From a virus: a DNA stretch of 64,000 nucleotides. Positions 46,601 through 55,700 of the stretch are shown piece by piece. Each line of letters opens with the position of its first letter. Position 1 is the first letter of the stretch. The notes beneath the pieces are model-generated. The model ran no database searches and had not been told where the DNA came from. It saw nothing but the letters and a program-made list of their open reading frames with translations. The position numbers and the translations under genes are program-made. The stretch lies in the IMG/VR virus record IMGVR_UViG_3300014203_000017. The stretch is one strand, 5' to 3'.

Positions 46601-49561
46601 ATCTTTTTTAGCTTCTTTATCTTCGTATATTTTATTTTGACTTTCTGAAATTGCTTTAGAACGTCCAGCGTCTGAATTTGAGGCTCTAGCTGCATGAATA
46701 CCAGCTAATGCGGCGGCGCCAGCAGTTATTCCCAAACCTATTATAGCTTGAGCCATTGTAGCTGGATTAAAAAGAGCCTTTGCTCCTTCTGCCATGGAAG
46801 TTACGATACTTTGTAACATTCCTTTGCCTTTTGCAATAATATTTATTTTTTCACTAGCAACTTGACTAATTTTTGCTTGTGCAGTTTTTTCTTCATTTAT
46901 AGCTGTTACAGCAGATTCTTGTGTTCCAATAGCTTTTGTTGCAACATTTTCAGTTTCTTTTGTATTCTTTATTGTTGCATTAGCCGTAATTTTATCATCA
47001 ATTATTTTATCCTTTTCAGATAATGCTAATTTTTGAGCTTTTAAAGCCTTTGTTTTTTCTTGGGTTGCCGCATAAGCATTTGCTTGAGCCAATTCTTGTG
47101 CTGTAAGTTTGTTAGCTCTTTCTTGCGAATTATTTTCGGCTATGTACGCTTTTTGAGTGGTATTCAAATTATTTCTTTGTCTCTCGCCTTTCTTAATACT
47201 TGCTTTTAAACTTCTTTCATTAAGTTTTAAACTAGCTTTAATTTCCTTTCTTTCTTTCAAAAGATTGGTGGCGTTTTGTTGCCCCGTTTTCTTTTCTAAT
47301 CTTGCTTGTTTTTTAATAATTTGTAAACGATTTTTTGCAGCAATTTTATCATTTAAAACAGCTTTCTTTTGAGATTTTAATTCTTGTCTTGCAGTTTTTT
47401 CGGTTTCTTTTTTTAATTCCAAAAGTTTCTTTTGCTCTTCGGTAAGCATTCCCATAGCTTTTAATTGCTCTAGCTCTGCTAAAGTAAGTTCGCCTTCTTT
47501 ACTATTTATTTGATTTAAAGCGGCTAATTTTACTAAATTAAGTTGTTGCAATTTTAACTGTATTTGTCTAATTCCAAAAAACAGCCCACTAATTATTCCA
47601 AGAGTGGTTACAATATTTCTAAGAACACCTTCAAAACCGTCCAACTCATTTAATTTGCTGAAAAATTTTGTTATATTATTTAGTATTCCTGTGATTGCTT
47701 TTACGCCAGAAATTAGAACATCGCTACTAGACAAAGACTCAATAAAACCTTGCCATGCAGTTGTTAAATTCGTCATAGAAGCTTCCATACCTTGACTGTA
47801 TTGACTATATTGATATGCTGAAGCGCCTGCGGCATCTTGAGCCTCACCTATTAAAGTTAAAGTGCGGTTCCAATCTTGCATGATACCCAAAAAACGAGAT
47901 TGTTGACGCGTACCAGCAACCGCCTGCGCAATCGCCTGTTGTTGCATGGTATTCAAATTATCCCATTTTGAACCCAATTCATCAAAAATTTGTTCCATGT
48001 CACGGAATTGACCGTTAGCATCCCTTAATTGAACACCGACAGCCATTAATGCTTTTTCAACAGCATTAACACTCAATCCTTCTTCAAGAGTTGTTCCATA
48101 ATCACTAAGTTGTCTCATACGAGCCAAAACAGTTTTTAAAGCTGTACCGATTGACTCGGGGGCTTCTTGAGTTGTTTCCAAACCTTTTGCCAAAAGTGCT
48201 GTCGTATATTCTATACTCATTCCAGCAGTATTAGCTTGCGCCGATACTTTACTTAAAGCAATAGCCAAATCATCATAACCTGTGGCTGATTTAACAGCTA
48301 AGTTAGCAAAAATGTCTGAAACTCTATCAGCATTTGAGGCAGCTAGATTAAATCCATTGATAGCGGCTGTCATATATTGAATAGTATCAGCCGTACTTAA
48401 ACCTGAAATTTTAGCCGCTTTTGCTGTTGTTGTTGCTAATTCCATAGCATCGGCTAAAGTACGACCTTGACGCAAATATTCGGTTGTTAAATCTGCAATA
48501 GCCGTCATAGTTGTTGCGGATTGTTGCGCCATATTCTTTAAATCGCTTATATAACCATATGTTTCTTTTCTGGTCATGCCTGTAACAACTGCCATACCCG
48601 TAAGAGCTTTATCCATATCAGATACGGTTTTTGCGGCAACTGTTAAAGCTTTTTTAACTGCTCTTAAAGCCAAACCATAAGTAATTAAAGATTTGGCGAC
48701 GGAGTCAATAGCGCCACTAGTTGGAGCGATTTTTTGTATACTTACAGATTGTCCCGTAGCTTGAGCCTTTTGAGCTACAATATCAGCGCTACTAGACATT
48801 GTTTTAGCGCTTGTTGCGGCAGTCTTTGCTGCAGTTAAGTTTTTATTGCTCTCTAAAACTGCTTTTTGTTGTTTTAGAACTTGCAACTTTTTAACACTAG
48901 TATTATAGTCTTTTTGAGCGGCTTCTTCATTCTCTTTCTTTTGAGCTGTGATAGCCGCGACCTTTTTTAATTCTTCTCGTTTATTTTCTAAAATTATTAA
49001 TTCTTTGTCTTTTTGACTTTCTGTAATAGTGCCTTCTTTGACTCTTTGTCTTACAACAGCTTCAAATTGAGCATTTGTTTTCTTTAGAAAATTATTACTT
49101 TGAGCTAAAGCGTCTTTTTCGCTTACTCCTTGTTTAATCAACTTTTTATAAACAAGCGTGCTTTTTAACAACTCTTTGGTTTTTTGTTCTTCTAGTTTTT
49201 TCGCTTTTGTTGCGGCACCTTTAATGGCGGCAAGGGATCTTTTTTGCTTTTGTACAGCTGCCTCTTGTTTTTCCAACTCCTTGGTAACAGTTGCTAGCTT
49301 TTTCTTTTGCTCTTCTATTGAAAGAGTAACAGAAGTCATTGTACGATTAATATTTTTTAATGTTAAAGCAAATTTTTTAGTATCTTTTGCCGTAATTTTA
49401 CCACCAGCCTTAACTATGGCTATCAAGTTATCTATTTCTTTTGTGGTCTTTTTTACTGCGTTAGCATAATCTTTGCCTGTAATACTTTTAATAGTATTTT
49501 TTAGGTTTGTTAAACCTTCAACACTAACATCTAGTACAATATTTTGTTTTGTTGTTGCCAT
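43676..49561 (-). CDS. Tape measure protein (~1960 aa)
   Basis: Long Ala/Lys/Glu helical protein with TP901-like core (DKALTGMAVVT..YLRQG..DIFANLA..IGTALKTVLAR..AGTRQQSRF); start at ATG 49561 after GAGGTG. Confidence 0.93.
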   Translation of the reverse strand: MATTKQNIVLDVSVEGLTNLKNTIKSITGKDYANAVKKTTKEIDNLIAIVKAGGKITAKDTKKFALTLKNINRTMTSVTLSIEEQKKKLATVTKELEKQEAAVQKQKRSLAAIKGAATKAKKLEEQKTKELLKSTLVYKKLIKQGVSEKDALAQSNNFLKKTNAQFEAVVRQRVKEGTITESQKDKELIILENKREELKKVAAITAQKKENEEAAQKDYNTSVKKLQVLKQQKAVLESNKNLTAAKTAATSAKTMSSSADIVAQKAQATGQSVSIQKIAPTSGAIDSVAKSLITYGLALRAVKKALTVAAKTVSDMDKALTGMAVVTGMTRKETYGYISDLKNMAQQSATTMTAIADLTTEYLRQGRTLADAMELATTTAKAAKISGLSTADTIQYMTAAINGFNLAASNADRVSDIFANLAVKSATGYDDLAIALSKVSAQANTAGMSIEYTTALLAKGLETTQEAPESIGTALKTVLARMRQLSDYGTTLEEGLSVNAVEKALMAVGVQLRDANGQFRDMEQIFDELGSKWDNLNTMQQQAIAQAVAGTRQQSRFLGIMQDWNRTLTLIGEAQDAAGASAYQYSQYSQGMEASMTNLTTAWQGFIESLSSSDVLISGVKAITGILNNITKFFSKLNELDGFEGVLRNIVTTLGIISGLFFGIRQIQLKLQQLNLVKLAALNQINSKEGELTLAELEQLKAMGMLTEEQKKLLELKKETEKTARQELKSQKKAVLNDKIAAKNRLQIIKKQARLEKKTGQQNATNLLKERKEIKASLKLNERSLKASIKKGERQRNNLNTTQKAYIAENNSQERANKLTAQELAQANAYAATQEKTKALKAQKLALSEKDKIIDDKITANATIKNTKETENVATKAIGTQESAVTAINEEKTAQAKISQVASEKINIIAKGKGMLQSIVTSMAEGAKALFNPATMAQAIIGLGITAGAAALAGIHAARASNSDAGRSKAISESQNKIYEDKEAKKDIDTNMAEYKELYFNRNKTQEQIDQMKSLEKTIGDLDESFSGKTGPELISAMQRQSDAYERSIRAAKTENYNLALKMKELDENGISAIIAEMGMLEQGLADDINVKLTAAQTSMLESLNTSFTNGLKNANFAGDADTYIRNFTKESMHIVTMMSSVSDATYSEQAAVYKNLTKNLDSYQKAILDAQYSTESWLSKQSESIISLIDSITSFDNVTAESIRSIVDAIATLQQSQNYASYESSNIGKIRDIAEDKKIKKALGELGITPDDITNGRFSLEDLLAAAQNANASDKIINQIEAFIRGSGTFAGKDISEVETYNEYGLKNIDRISEDVLNAFNDALKSGKGSAEASNIAMNVLESDPGYKRLIAQEQALQEELDEKRNAYDAIRGSNASQEEKDKAFEELQNAESAYSQFAAMVQDYTGDIVKSIKDASGELSKTAFSDKITRMTSVLEKFADIAEKASSHEGLGVDDLEELFNIAPELMEDRELISRLISGTATAADIAKIQASKDDYQDTQIDALRNSITSHQANADKFRQQAADYLAKYGVTSADQLGDAQKEEYDKIISNMELEQQLATLQEGSLTIALNANFQLTKQDKLTQSIVASNKKLAELQRQASMSGGDTLENLQAQLEEYEKQADLQEQLYEAGVENLTSGAGIDKESFKKAYEEGGDAYDNFLKGLTADQLSYINNNIKTLDDLFDTWKDGLSSVEETRQSIIEKTLDNQDKAVELMKAKYEAEQQELEKTLEDRKDAYDAYYSYLDELENDQDADTTIDKLRDKIAKLSTASDATSLAALKQAQEDLKNAEKEQRDTERQNRAASIDDAIDSQLETASAAYDALMANNQTLWENFVALGEDAQEEMYKNYSEDYKNATYLAQQEALRSWREVLGDIRGETIPDTIPVDIGDVSKVTIGEGVAPLVKDVSKTTNKTIITAPITITGSAADATAIAGAVHDELENIIEKFGIGINANTRIN

Positions 49562-49604
49562 CTCATTCACCTCTCGAAAAAACTTTATTTTTCGATTTAT
49601 TTAT

Positions 49605-49943
49605 TTATTTATCTGCGTCTGTTATAAGTTGTTCTAAAATATCTTTAAAATTTTCAGGAATTTCTAATTTTGCATTTTCAATAATTTTACTTACTTCCAT
49701 AAAATTCTTTTGTAATGCGTCTAAGTTTAAATCAGGATTAGTAAACATACTTATTAAAGTATCTAATAATCCTTGTCCTTTTAAGTAAATTTCATATGCT
49801 TGTTGAATTGTGTAACCCAATGCGGCAAATTTTGTTGAATTATAATCTTCTTCTATTGTAGTTAATGCACAATAGCGGTCGAAAATGTTAGTATTCAATA
49901 ATGTAATTTCCCTAAACTTATTTTCTAATTCTTCATTCGTCAT
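49605..49943 (-). CDS. Hypothetical protein before tape measure, possible tail chaperone (112 aa)
   Basis: AGGAG RBS, helical, position. Confidence 0.55.
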   Translation of the reverse strand: MTNEELENKFREITLLNTNIFDRYCALTTIEEDYNSTKFAALGYTIQQAYEIYLKGQGLLDTLISMFTNPDLNLDALQKNFMEVSKIIENAKLEIPENFKDILEQLITDADK

Positions 49944-49957
49944 TTTATATTCTCCTT

Positions 49958-51679
49958 TTATAAACCTAAATCACCGTAATTAAATCTAACTACGAGATCC
50001 ATTTCCAATTTGTCTGCACTTATCATATTTTCAGCTTTTAAGTTCTCGGCGATAGCCTCTCCCTCATTTGATTTAGGGTTTGCGGCTATTAAGTGACCAT
50101 TGCTGTTTAGATTGGTATTGCCACCTGTAATATGAGATATTTTCCTATCCCATCTTGCTGCTGGAGCCCTCATAAAATTAAAAATTAAACTTTTTGCACT
50201 ACCACTGCTACTAAAAGAACCAATAGTAGATTTTGAAACTTCCTTAATTTTAGTTAGCAATTCACTCATTAAGTAAGAGTGCGTGCCAGCGTTTAAAACC
50301 AAAGGTACATAATCAGTTTGCTTCATTGCATTCTCAATTTCAATCAAATTATTATGTCCCATAAATACAATACCCAATAAAGATTTAATTGTTGCTAAAT
50401 AAGTTAAACTAGAATTCACTTCGTTATAGAAACCCGTGAAAGCATTTAAGTCATTTTCCCTAGTTTTTAAACGATCATCTGCATTAAATTGACGTGAAGC
50501 ATTTATGCTTTCAACATTCCAATTTTTTAAGCTTCTATAATTCAATATAATATAGAATAATTTATTTATCGTTACATCTGAAATTCCACTATCATATTCT
50601 CTTAAAAAATTCCTATTAATTGTTTGTTTTTTATAAAAAACATTTGGATTACTTTTAACACTAGCGCCAATTTTTATAAGGTCTTTTTCGGCATTGCTTA
50701 GTTGAACTTGAATATCAGCTGTGTTAATACTTTGTTCTGACTGTGTTGATAAAATTATCGAATTTTTATTTATTTTTATTTGGTCAGTACTTTGAGCATC
50801 TCTTTTGTCAAATAGCGCCGCTACCATAAGTGGTTCTAATAAGAAACCTATTGCAGAAGAAATTTCTGTATACAACCCTTTTCTTCCATCAAAAGTAAAG
50901 GTTTTAGGAAACAAATTGCTTATCTTTTCTATGCCAGCTTGAGTTGCCGCATTTTGTCTTATAGACAACTTTCCTAAATCTTTCAATTTTGCGCAAAAAG
51001 TATTGAGTTCTTCAATACTTCTTTTGTAACTGCTTTCCACTTCCCTAACTCTACTAAATTTTGAAAAACCTTTCAACAATTTCTTTTTAGTTAAGTTGGA
51101 ATAATTTTTTAAATCACCAAAATTTCTAATATTAATATTCTTATTGCTTTTGGTCTTTATCTTAACCAATTTAGTATTGAAGGTTTTTGTTATTTCCCTT
51201 ACAGTTTCTTCTGTTACTGCTTGACCAAATTCATCAGCCATAATATTGGCAATAGCTTCACCAAGAGGTTGAGCATCATAGGTGCCTTGTGCTAGAATAG
51301 TTTTTATTTTATTCTCAACCACAGCACCAGCGCCCTTACTAACTATTTTTTTAGTGCCTTCTATACCGTCTTTACCCAATTTAGATTTTATTTCTTCAAG
51401 TTCCGTAATTAACAAACCGTCCGCACTGCTAGGATCAATTTGAAAAGTTGCCGCAGTGATGCCGTATTGATTTTCTAAATTATTTAGAAATTTTATCAAA
51501 ACATTTACTTGATTTTCAGTACTACTAATAAATTCTTTAAGTAGTACGGCTATTGATTGCATACCACTAGTTCTCATTCCTGAGTGGACAGAACCAATAA
51601 AAGTACGAATATGACTGTGTTGATAAATGCCCTCAGAGAAATCTCCGACATATTTATAATGTTCCGTTGTTTTCAACAT
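49958..51679 (-). CDS. Hypothetical 573-aa protein with PD-(D/E)xK-like motif
   Basis: ORF certain; GFLLE...TADIQVQ...IGASVKS spacing resembles restriction-endonuclease-fold active sites. Confidence 0.45.
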   Translation of the reverse strand: MLKTTEHYKYVGDFSEGIYQHSHIRTFIGSVHSGMRTSGMQSIAVLLKEFISSTENQVNVLIKFLNNLENQYGITAATFQIDPSSADGLLITELEEIKSKLGKDGIEGTKKIVSKGAGAVVENKIKTILAQGTYDAQPLGEAIANIMADEFGQAVTEETVREITKTFNTKLVKIKTKSNKNINIRNFGDLKNYSNLTKKKLLKGFSKFSRVREVESSYKRSIEELNTFCAKLKDLGKLSIRQNAATQAGIEKISNLFPKTFTFDGRKGLYTEISSAIGFLLEPLMVAALFDKRDAQSTDQIKINKNSIILSTQSEQSINTADIQVQLSNAEKDLIKIGASVKSNPNVFYKKQTINRNFLREYDSGISDVTINKLFYIILNYRSLKNWNVESINASRQFNADDRLKTRENDLNAFTGFYNEVNSSLTYLATIKSLLGIVFMGHNNLIEIENAMKQTDYVPLVLNAGTHSYLMSELLTKIKEVSKSTIGSFSSSGSAKSLIFNFMRAPAARWDRKISHITGGNTNLNSNGHLIAANPKSNEGEAIAENLKAENMISADKLEMDLVVRFNYGDLGL

Positions 51680-51682
51680 GAC

Positions 51683-52408
51683 TCACAGCCCCAACATAGA
51701 TTTTTTACTATTTTTATCTTCTTCTATAACATCTAAAGAAATGGTATAATATGCTATATTTCCAATTTTAGTATTTAACACCAAGTTATTTCTTAATCTT
51801 ACTTTTTGTATAAACATATAGACTTCAGTTTCTTCTTTATCTTTGTTCCCTTTTATCAAGGCCTCAAAACTTAAATAGGGTATATATGTATTTTTGTTAT
51901 TTATCGAATAGTAGAAATTTTGTTTCTTTGAATAATAACATAATTGATACTCCATATTTTCATCTATTGTTTCTGTAGAAGAAATAGTAAAACTATTATT
52001 TTCACTATTATAAACAAGAGTCATTTCGTTGTGATTTAATATGCTGAAAGATTGTGTTGTATCAACCAAATTAGTCGCATAAGCCACTCCATTAATTAAA
52101 TAAACGTTGTCTATAACTAATTTGTCATACTCACTGTCTATTTCATCACAAAACAATTCCAATAAGTCTGTTGTGACAGGTATAGAACTTAAAACTATAT
52201 TATTAAAATGAGTATTATTTGTTGCCAATAGTGTATTTGTATCTCTAAAAATTTGCTTGTTATTTTCATAATCTGTGATATTTATTTCTGTTTCCATGGA
52301 ACTAAAAACAATATCGCCTTTATTGAAATGGCGAGTCGTTGTATCAAAATCACATAATGCTCTAAGTATTATCCTACTTTTGCCACCTAACTCCAATAGT
52401 TTACTCAA
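51683..52408 (-). CDS. Possible second tail-tube-fold protein (241 aa, TTG start)
   Basis: GAGGTG RBS and own promoter; beta-strand pattern parallels the major tail protein by eye. Confidence 0.45.
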   Translation of the reverse strand: MSKLLELGGKSRIILRALCDFDTTTRHFNKGDIVFSSMETEINITDYENNKQIFRDTNTLLATNNTHFNNIVLSSIPVTTDLLELFCDEIDSEYDKLVIDNVYLINGVAYATNLVDTTQSFSILNHNEMTLVYNSENNSFTISSTETIDENMEYQLCYYSKKQNFYYSINNKNTYIPYLSFEALIKGNKDKEETEVYMFIQKVRLRNNLVLNTKIGNIAYYTISLDVIEEDKNSKKSMLGL

Positions 52409-52434
52409 TATACATCACCTCTATTATCAATTAT

Positions 52435-52463
52435 ATTATAGCACATTTCCAGAACATAATCAA
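52435..52463 (-). promoter_or_regulatory. SigmaA-type internal promoter in the tail module
   Basis: Minus strand TTGATT (52463-52458), 17 bp, TG-C-TATAAT (52440-52435). Confidence 0.85.
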
Positions 52464-52467
52464 ATAT

Positions 52468-52494
52468 AAAAAAAGAGACTACCGAAGTAGTCTC
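52468..52494 (-). terminator. Intrinsic terminator after major tail protein
   Basis: Minus strand GAGACTAC-TTCG-GTAGTCTC then T7. Confidence 0.93.
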
Positions 52495-52509
52495 CCTCTA
52501 TTCATCTAA

Positions 52510-53181
52510 TTAAACTGCTGCAGCTTTAGTTTGTTCAGCTTCGTAAGTCTCAGTTAACAAATCTGTTAAAACTTCATCTGTTGCAATGATATAATATGCT
52601 CCATCTCCACCAGGACCATAAGCCCCTTTATCTGTTTGTTTTCCAGGTGCGGTAGTGGCGAAAGCATTAATTGTACCATTTAAGTCAAATGTTGCGGCGT
52701 CTCCATCACTAGCTTGAGTTAAGTTAAAGATTGAGTCTGGTAATAAGAATGGAATTATAATATTAACAGGTTGTTTTGCGCCCGTTTCTGCATCAACAAA
52801 TTGGGCTTTTCCTACCAAAGTCATTTCAGGAGCAAAGCGATCTGTGATCGTTAACATTCCTTTATTTGTACTAATTTGTCCGCCAAATACTTTTGTAATT
52901 AATTTATAATCACCAAGAGCATCAGTAGACTCAAAAGTAAAAGTCTTACCATATTTTAATAAAGATTGTGCGTTTTTCCCACCTTTAATTTCTTTAGTGG
53001 GACCCTCTTCATTAATATTTGTAATGGTTAAAGTGTCTAATGATACTAAAAGATTTTCAGGTGCAAGGGTAGTAACATTATCCCAATCACCATTAGTATC
53101 TTTCTTTGCAGTATAGAGTTCTAAGTCCATTACGTCTACAACGCCAAATTTTTTTAACATCTCTTCTAAATCATATGCCAT
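52510..53181 (-). CDS. Major tail (tube) protein
   Basis: 223 aa, KFGVVDVMDL..LDTLTIT..EIKGGKNA..FTFESTDAL..AATFDL pattern; followed by strong terminator. Confidence 0.8.
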   Translation of the reverse strand: MAYDLEEMLKKFGVVDVMDLELYTAKKDTNGDWDNVTTLAPENLLVSLDTLTITNINEEGPTKEIKGGKNAQSLLKYGKTFTFESTDALGDYKLITKVFGGQISTNKGMLTITDRFAPEMTLVGKAQFVDAETGAKQPVNIIIPFLLPDSIFNLTQASDGDAATFDLNGTINAFATTAPGKQTDKGAYGPGGDGAYYIIATDEVLTDLLTETYEAEQTKAAAV

Positions 53182-53184
53182 ATT

Positions 53185-53907
53185 TTATTTTTCCTCTCTA
53201 ACACTACTTGTGTAGTGTTCTAATTTTGTATCTTTTTTAAGCAAGTTGTTGCCAGCTAACCCTACATCGATACTGTAACGCATTAGTCTTCCTGACAGTG
53301 AATATAAATAATAGATTGTATATAAATTCATATTGTAAATTTCATGGAAACTACAATGAAATTCACGTGCGATGTAAGCAAGTACTACGTCGAGCTTAAC
53401 CCCACCACTTTTATTATTATTACGAATCTTTGCAATTTTTTCCTTATTAGCTCTAACTTTTTTCTCAAACTCTGTCAATTCCTCTTTTTTTGAGTTATCT
53501 TTATTTAACTTTTTCTTTGCTGTGGCTATTTGTAAGTAGTCACAGAAAACGTCGAAAACCTGATCGGTTAAAATATTTCCATTTTGTTCCAAGCAGTCAT
53601 CTACGATTTCAACGTTCGGTATGAATTTATTAAATGAGTTTAAAAAATCTTGTATATAGTTCTTAGGTTTTTTAAATTGCATCAATTGTAAAATAAAATC
53701 AATTTTTGAGTTGCCTACTATAAATTGAGGGAATTTTTTCTTAAACTCCCCAATAGTTACACTGCAGAATGTAATGAAGAAACCCGTTGTTCCACCATAA
53801 ATATCTGTTAAAGTAGGCATTAAAAATATAAATGTCGAATTTTCGTCTAATGAAAATCTTATAGGTAAATTATTTAATAGTGCTATTTCATTAAAATTAG
53901 TTGTCAT
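53185..53907 (-). CDS. Probable tail assembly chaperone (240 aa)
   Basis: C-terminal EIYNMNLYTIYYL motif like GT-type chaperones; position in tail module. Confidence 0.5.
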   Translation of the reverse strand: MTTNFNEIALLNNLPIRFSLDENSTFIFLMPTLTDIYGGTTGFFITFCSVTIGEFKKKFPQFIVGNSKIDFILQLMQFKKPKNYIQDFLNSFNKFIPNVEIVDDCLEQNGNILTDQVFDVFCDYLQIATAKKKLNKDNSKKEELTEFEKKVRANKEKIAKIRNNNKSGGVKLDVVLAYIAREFHCSFHEIYNMNLYTIYYLYSLSGRLMRYSIDVGLAGNNLLKKDTKLEHYTSSVREEK

Positions 53908-54406
53908 CGTCTTTGTCCGCTATCCCATCTGAAGCTACAAAGGTCATACAATAACCGATAATATCCTTATTAGTATATTCTTGTCCACAACTCACAAATT
54001 TTATTGGACTTGCCAAGTCATACTTAGCAAAATCTACAATATTTATAATAGCTTGCATAATTTCAAGAATACGTATTTTATTATTGTAAACATATTTGTT
54101 TTTGTCAACCATAGGCATAATTGTTATCGTATATTTTATTAAATTTTCATTTTTATCATTACTAATAGATGATGATTTCATATTTAATGTAATAAATACA
54201 CTTTTATCAAAAATACCATCTACATCGACATCTATAATTGGTTGTGTATAAATATAACCAGCTGTGTTTTGCAAAGAAGGAGTCGGTATATTAGTGTCAT
54301 CTGGATTGTCAAGCACCAAGAGCCTTCTCAATTCGGGATTTAGTAATAAATCATTTTTTATACTTTGTAAAGTTTGCGCTAAACGATAAAAACATTCTTT
54401 ATCCAT
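53897..54406 (-). CDS. Tail terminator / completion protein
   Basis: Position and size (169 aa); NPELRRLL..RILEIMQAI pattern. Confidence 0.55.
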   Translation of the reverse strand: MDKECFYRLAQTLQSIKNDLLLNPELRRLLVLDNPDDTNIPTPSLQNTAGYIYTQPIIDVDVDGIFDKSVFITLNMKSSSISNDKNENLIKYTITIMPMVDKNKYVYNNKIRILEIMQAIINIVDFAKYDLASPIKFVSCGQEYTNKDIIGYCMTFVASDGIADKDDDN

Positions 54407-54408
54407 TC

Positions 54409-55218
54409 TTATATAACTCCTTTAATTTCTATTGTTTTTGTTACTATTTCATTGTTATTTTTTACATTATAAGTATAATTGCCCACACTTATAAATTTTA
54501 CTATAACTTTTGTTGCTGCTCTACTAATAATACGAACTTTGGGACTTTCACAAACAAAATAACCATCTTCAGTAGCTAATTCAATCTGTGTATTAACATA
54601 AAACGAAGTGTCTTTTTCGCCCTCTTCAGCCATATCTATGGGATCAACATCGTTTTTCCCTCTTCTAATGGTGAAGTAACTAATACCAGGTATAGTGTAA
54701 GAGTCTTCCTCTTCTGTGATCCAAGCCTGGTGCACGAATTTTATTGTTGTGTTATCTTGTATGTCTTCATTTTTAGGTAATATCAATACAGGGTTCATTT
54801 TACTTTCTAAAAAGTATTTGTTTAAAATAGTATTAGACTCACTACTTCTCATTGTCCCAATAAAATAAGCCGGATAAGTATCGTTAACCAAAACATTACA
54901 TTCTAATACTTTGAATTTTTTATAATCTTGCTCTTTTACAAGTTTAACTTTTTCATATATAAAATATGAGGTACTTTGCCAAGTAAAATAATCTCCAATA
55001 TCCAAGTCAGCCACGTTATCTAAAAAAAGAAAAGCTTCATCGGCGCCTTCTTTGTCTGTTGTAACTAACACACCAATATAATCTTCATCAGCTCTTGTGG
55101 CATGAATTGTAGTGCTTGAGGCGCTATTCCTTATAAAATAAGAATTAACATTTAACTTTGTTTGCTTTTCAACAATAGCCGTTCTGCGAAAACGGGCGTA
55201 TGGGAGATCGTTAGCCAT
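54409..55218 (-). CDS. Head-closure / neck protein
   Basis: Position; DIGDYFTW..YFI...VLECN beta-barrel pattern, C-terminal Ig-like extension. Confidence 0.55.
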   Translation of the reverse strand: MANDLPYARFRRTAIVEKQTKLNVNSYFIRNSASSTTIHATRADEDYIGVLVTTDKEGADEAFLFLDNVADLDIGDYFTWQSTSYFIYEKVKLVKEQDYKKFKVLECNVLVNDTYPAYFIGTMRSSESNTILNKYFLESKMNPVLILPKNEDIQDNTTIKFVHQAWITEEEDSYTIPGISYFTIRRGKNDVDPIDMAEEGEKDTSFYVNTQIELATEDGYFVCESPKVRIISRAATKVIVKFISVGNYTYNVKNNNEIVTKTIEIKGVI

Positions 55219-55699
55219 TTAAAGTCCCCCATACTGTTTTACCGTCTTTATTAACCCTTCCATAGTTAAAAGCAATTTTTTCAGCAGATTTTTCATAACT
55301 CTCTTTCATGTTCTTCATGGCTGCCAACATATTTGCTGGCGAATAACCTTTAATGTCTTTATCAAAAAATGGGTTATTGAAATTATTGTTATCGGTAATT
55401 CTATTTTCTATCCAGATACATTTCATAAAAGCTAATATAACTTGATATTCAGGTTGTCCGATTGGAATATCATCTTGGTCTACAAAATAATAGCCGTAAG
55501 GGGTGTTATCCAAGGGATCCACTGCTTCCTCATATTCATATGTAAGAGGCATCTTAGGAAATAAGAACCTATTTATTGCTGCAATAGCAAAGCCATTTAA
55601 AGTTGCTGTCAAGTCCTCGTCATTCATATTGGATAATGTGTCGTCTTTGATACAGTCCAGAAAATCTGGAAACAGTATATATTTCCAATATTTATTCAT
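55211..55699 (-). CDS. Head-tail adaptor protein
   Basis: Helical 162 aa after capsid genes; ILAFMKCIW..YSPANML pattern. Confidence 0.6.
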   Translation of the reverse strand: MNKYWKYILFPDFLDCIKDDTLSNMNDEDLTATLNGFAIAAINRFLFPKMPLTYEYEEAVDPLDNTPYGYYFVDQDDIPIGQPEYQVILAFMKCIWIENRITDNNNFNNPFFDKDIKGYSPANMLAAMKNMKESYEKSAEKIAFNYGRVNKDGKTVWGTLNG

Positions 55700-55700
55700 A

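Noticed and set aside
49574-49595. Small inverted repeat TCGAAAAA...TTTTTCGA just upstream of the tape measure RBS
   Set aside because: AT-rich and weak; not enough to call a terminator, operator or processing site
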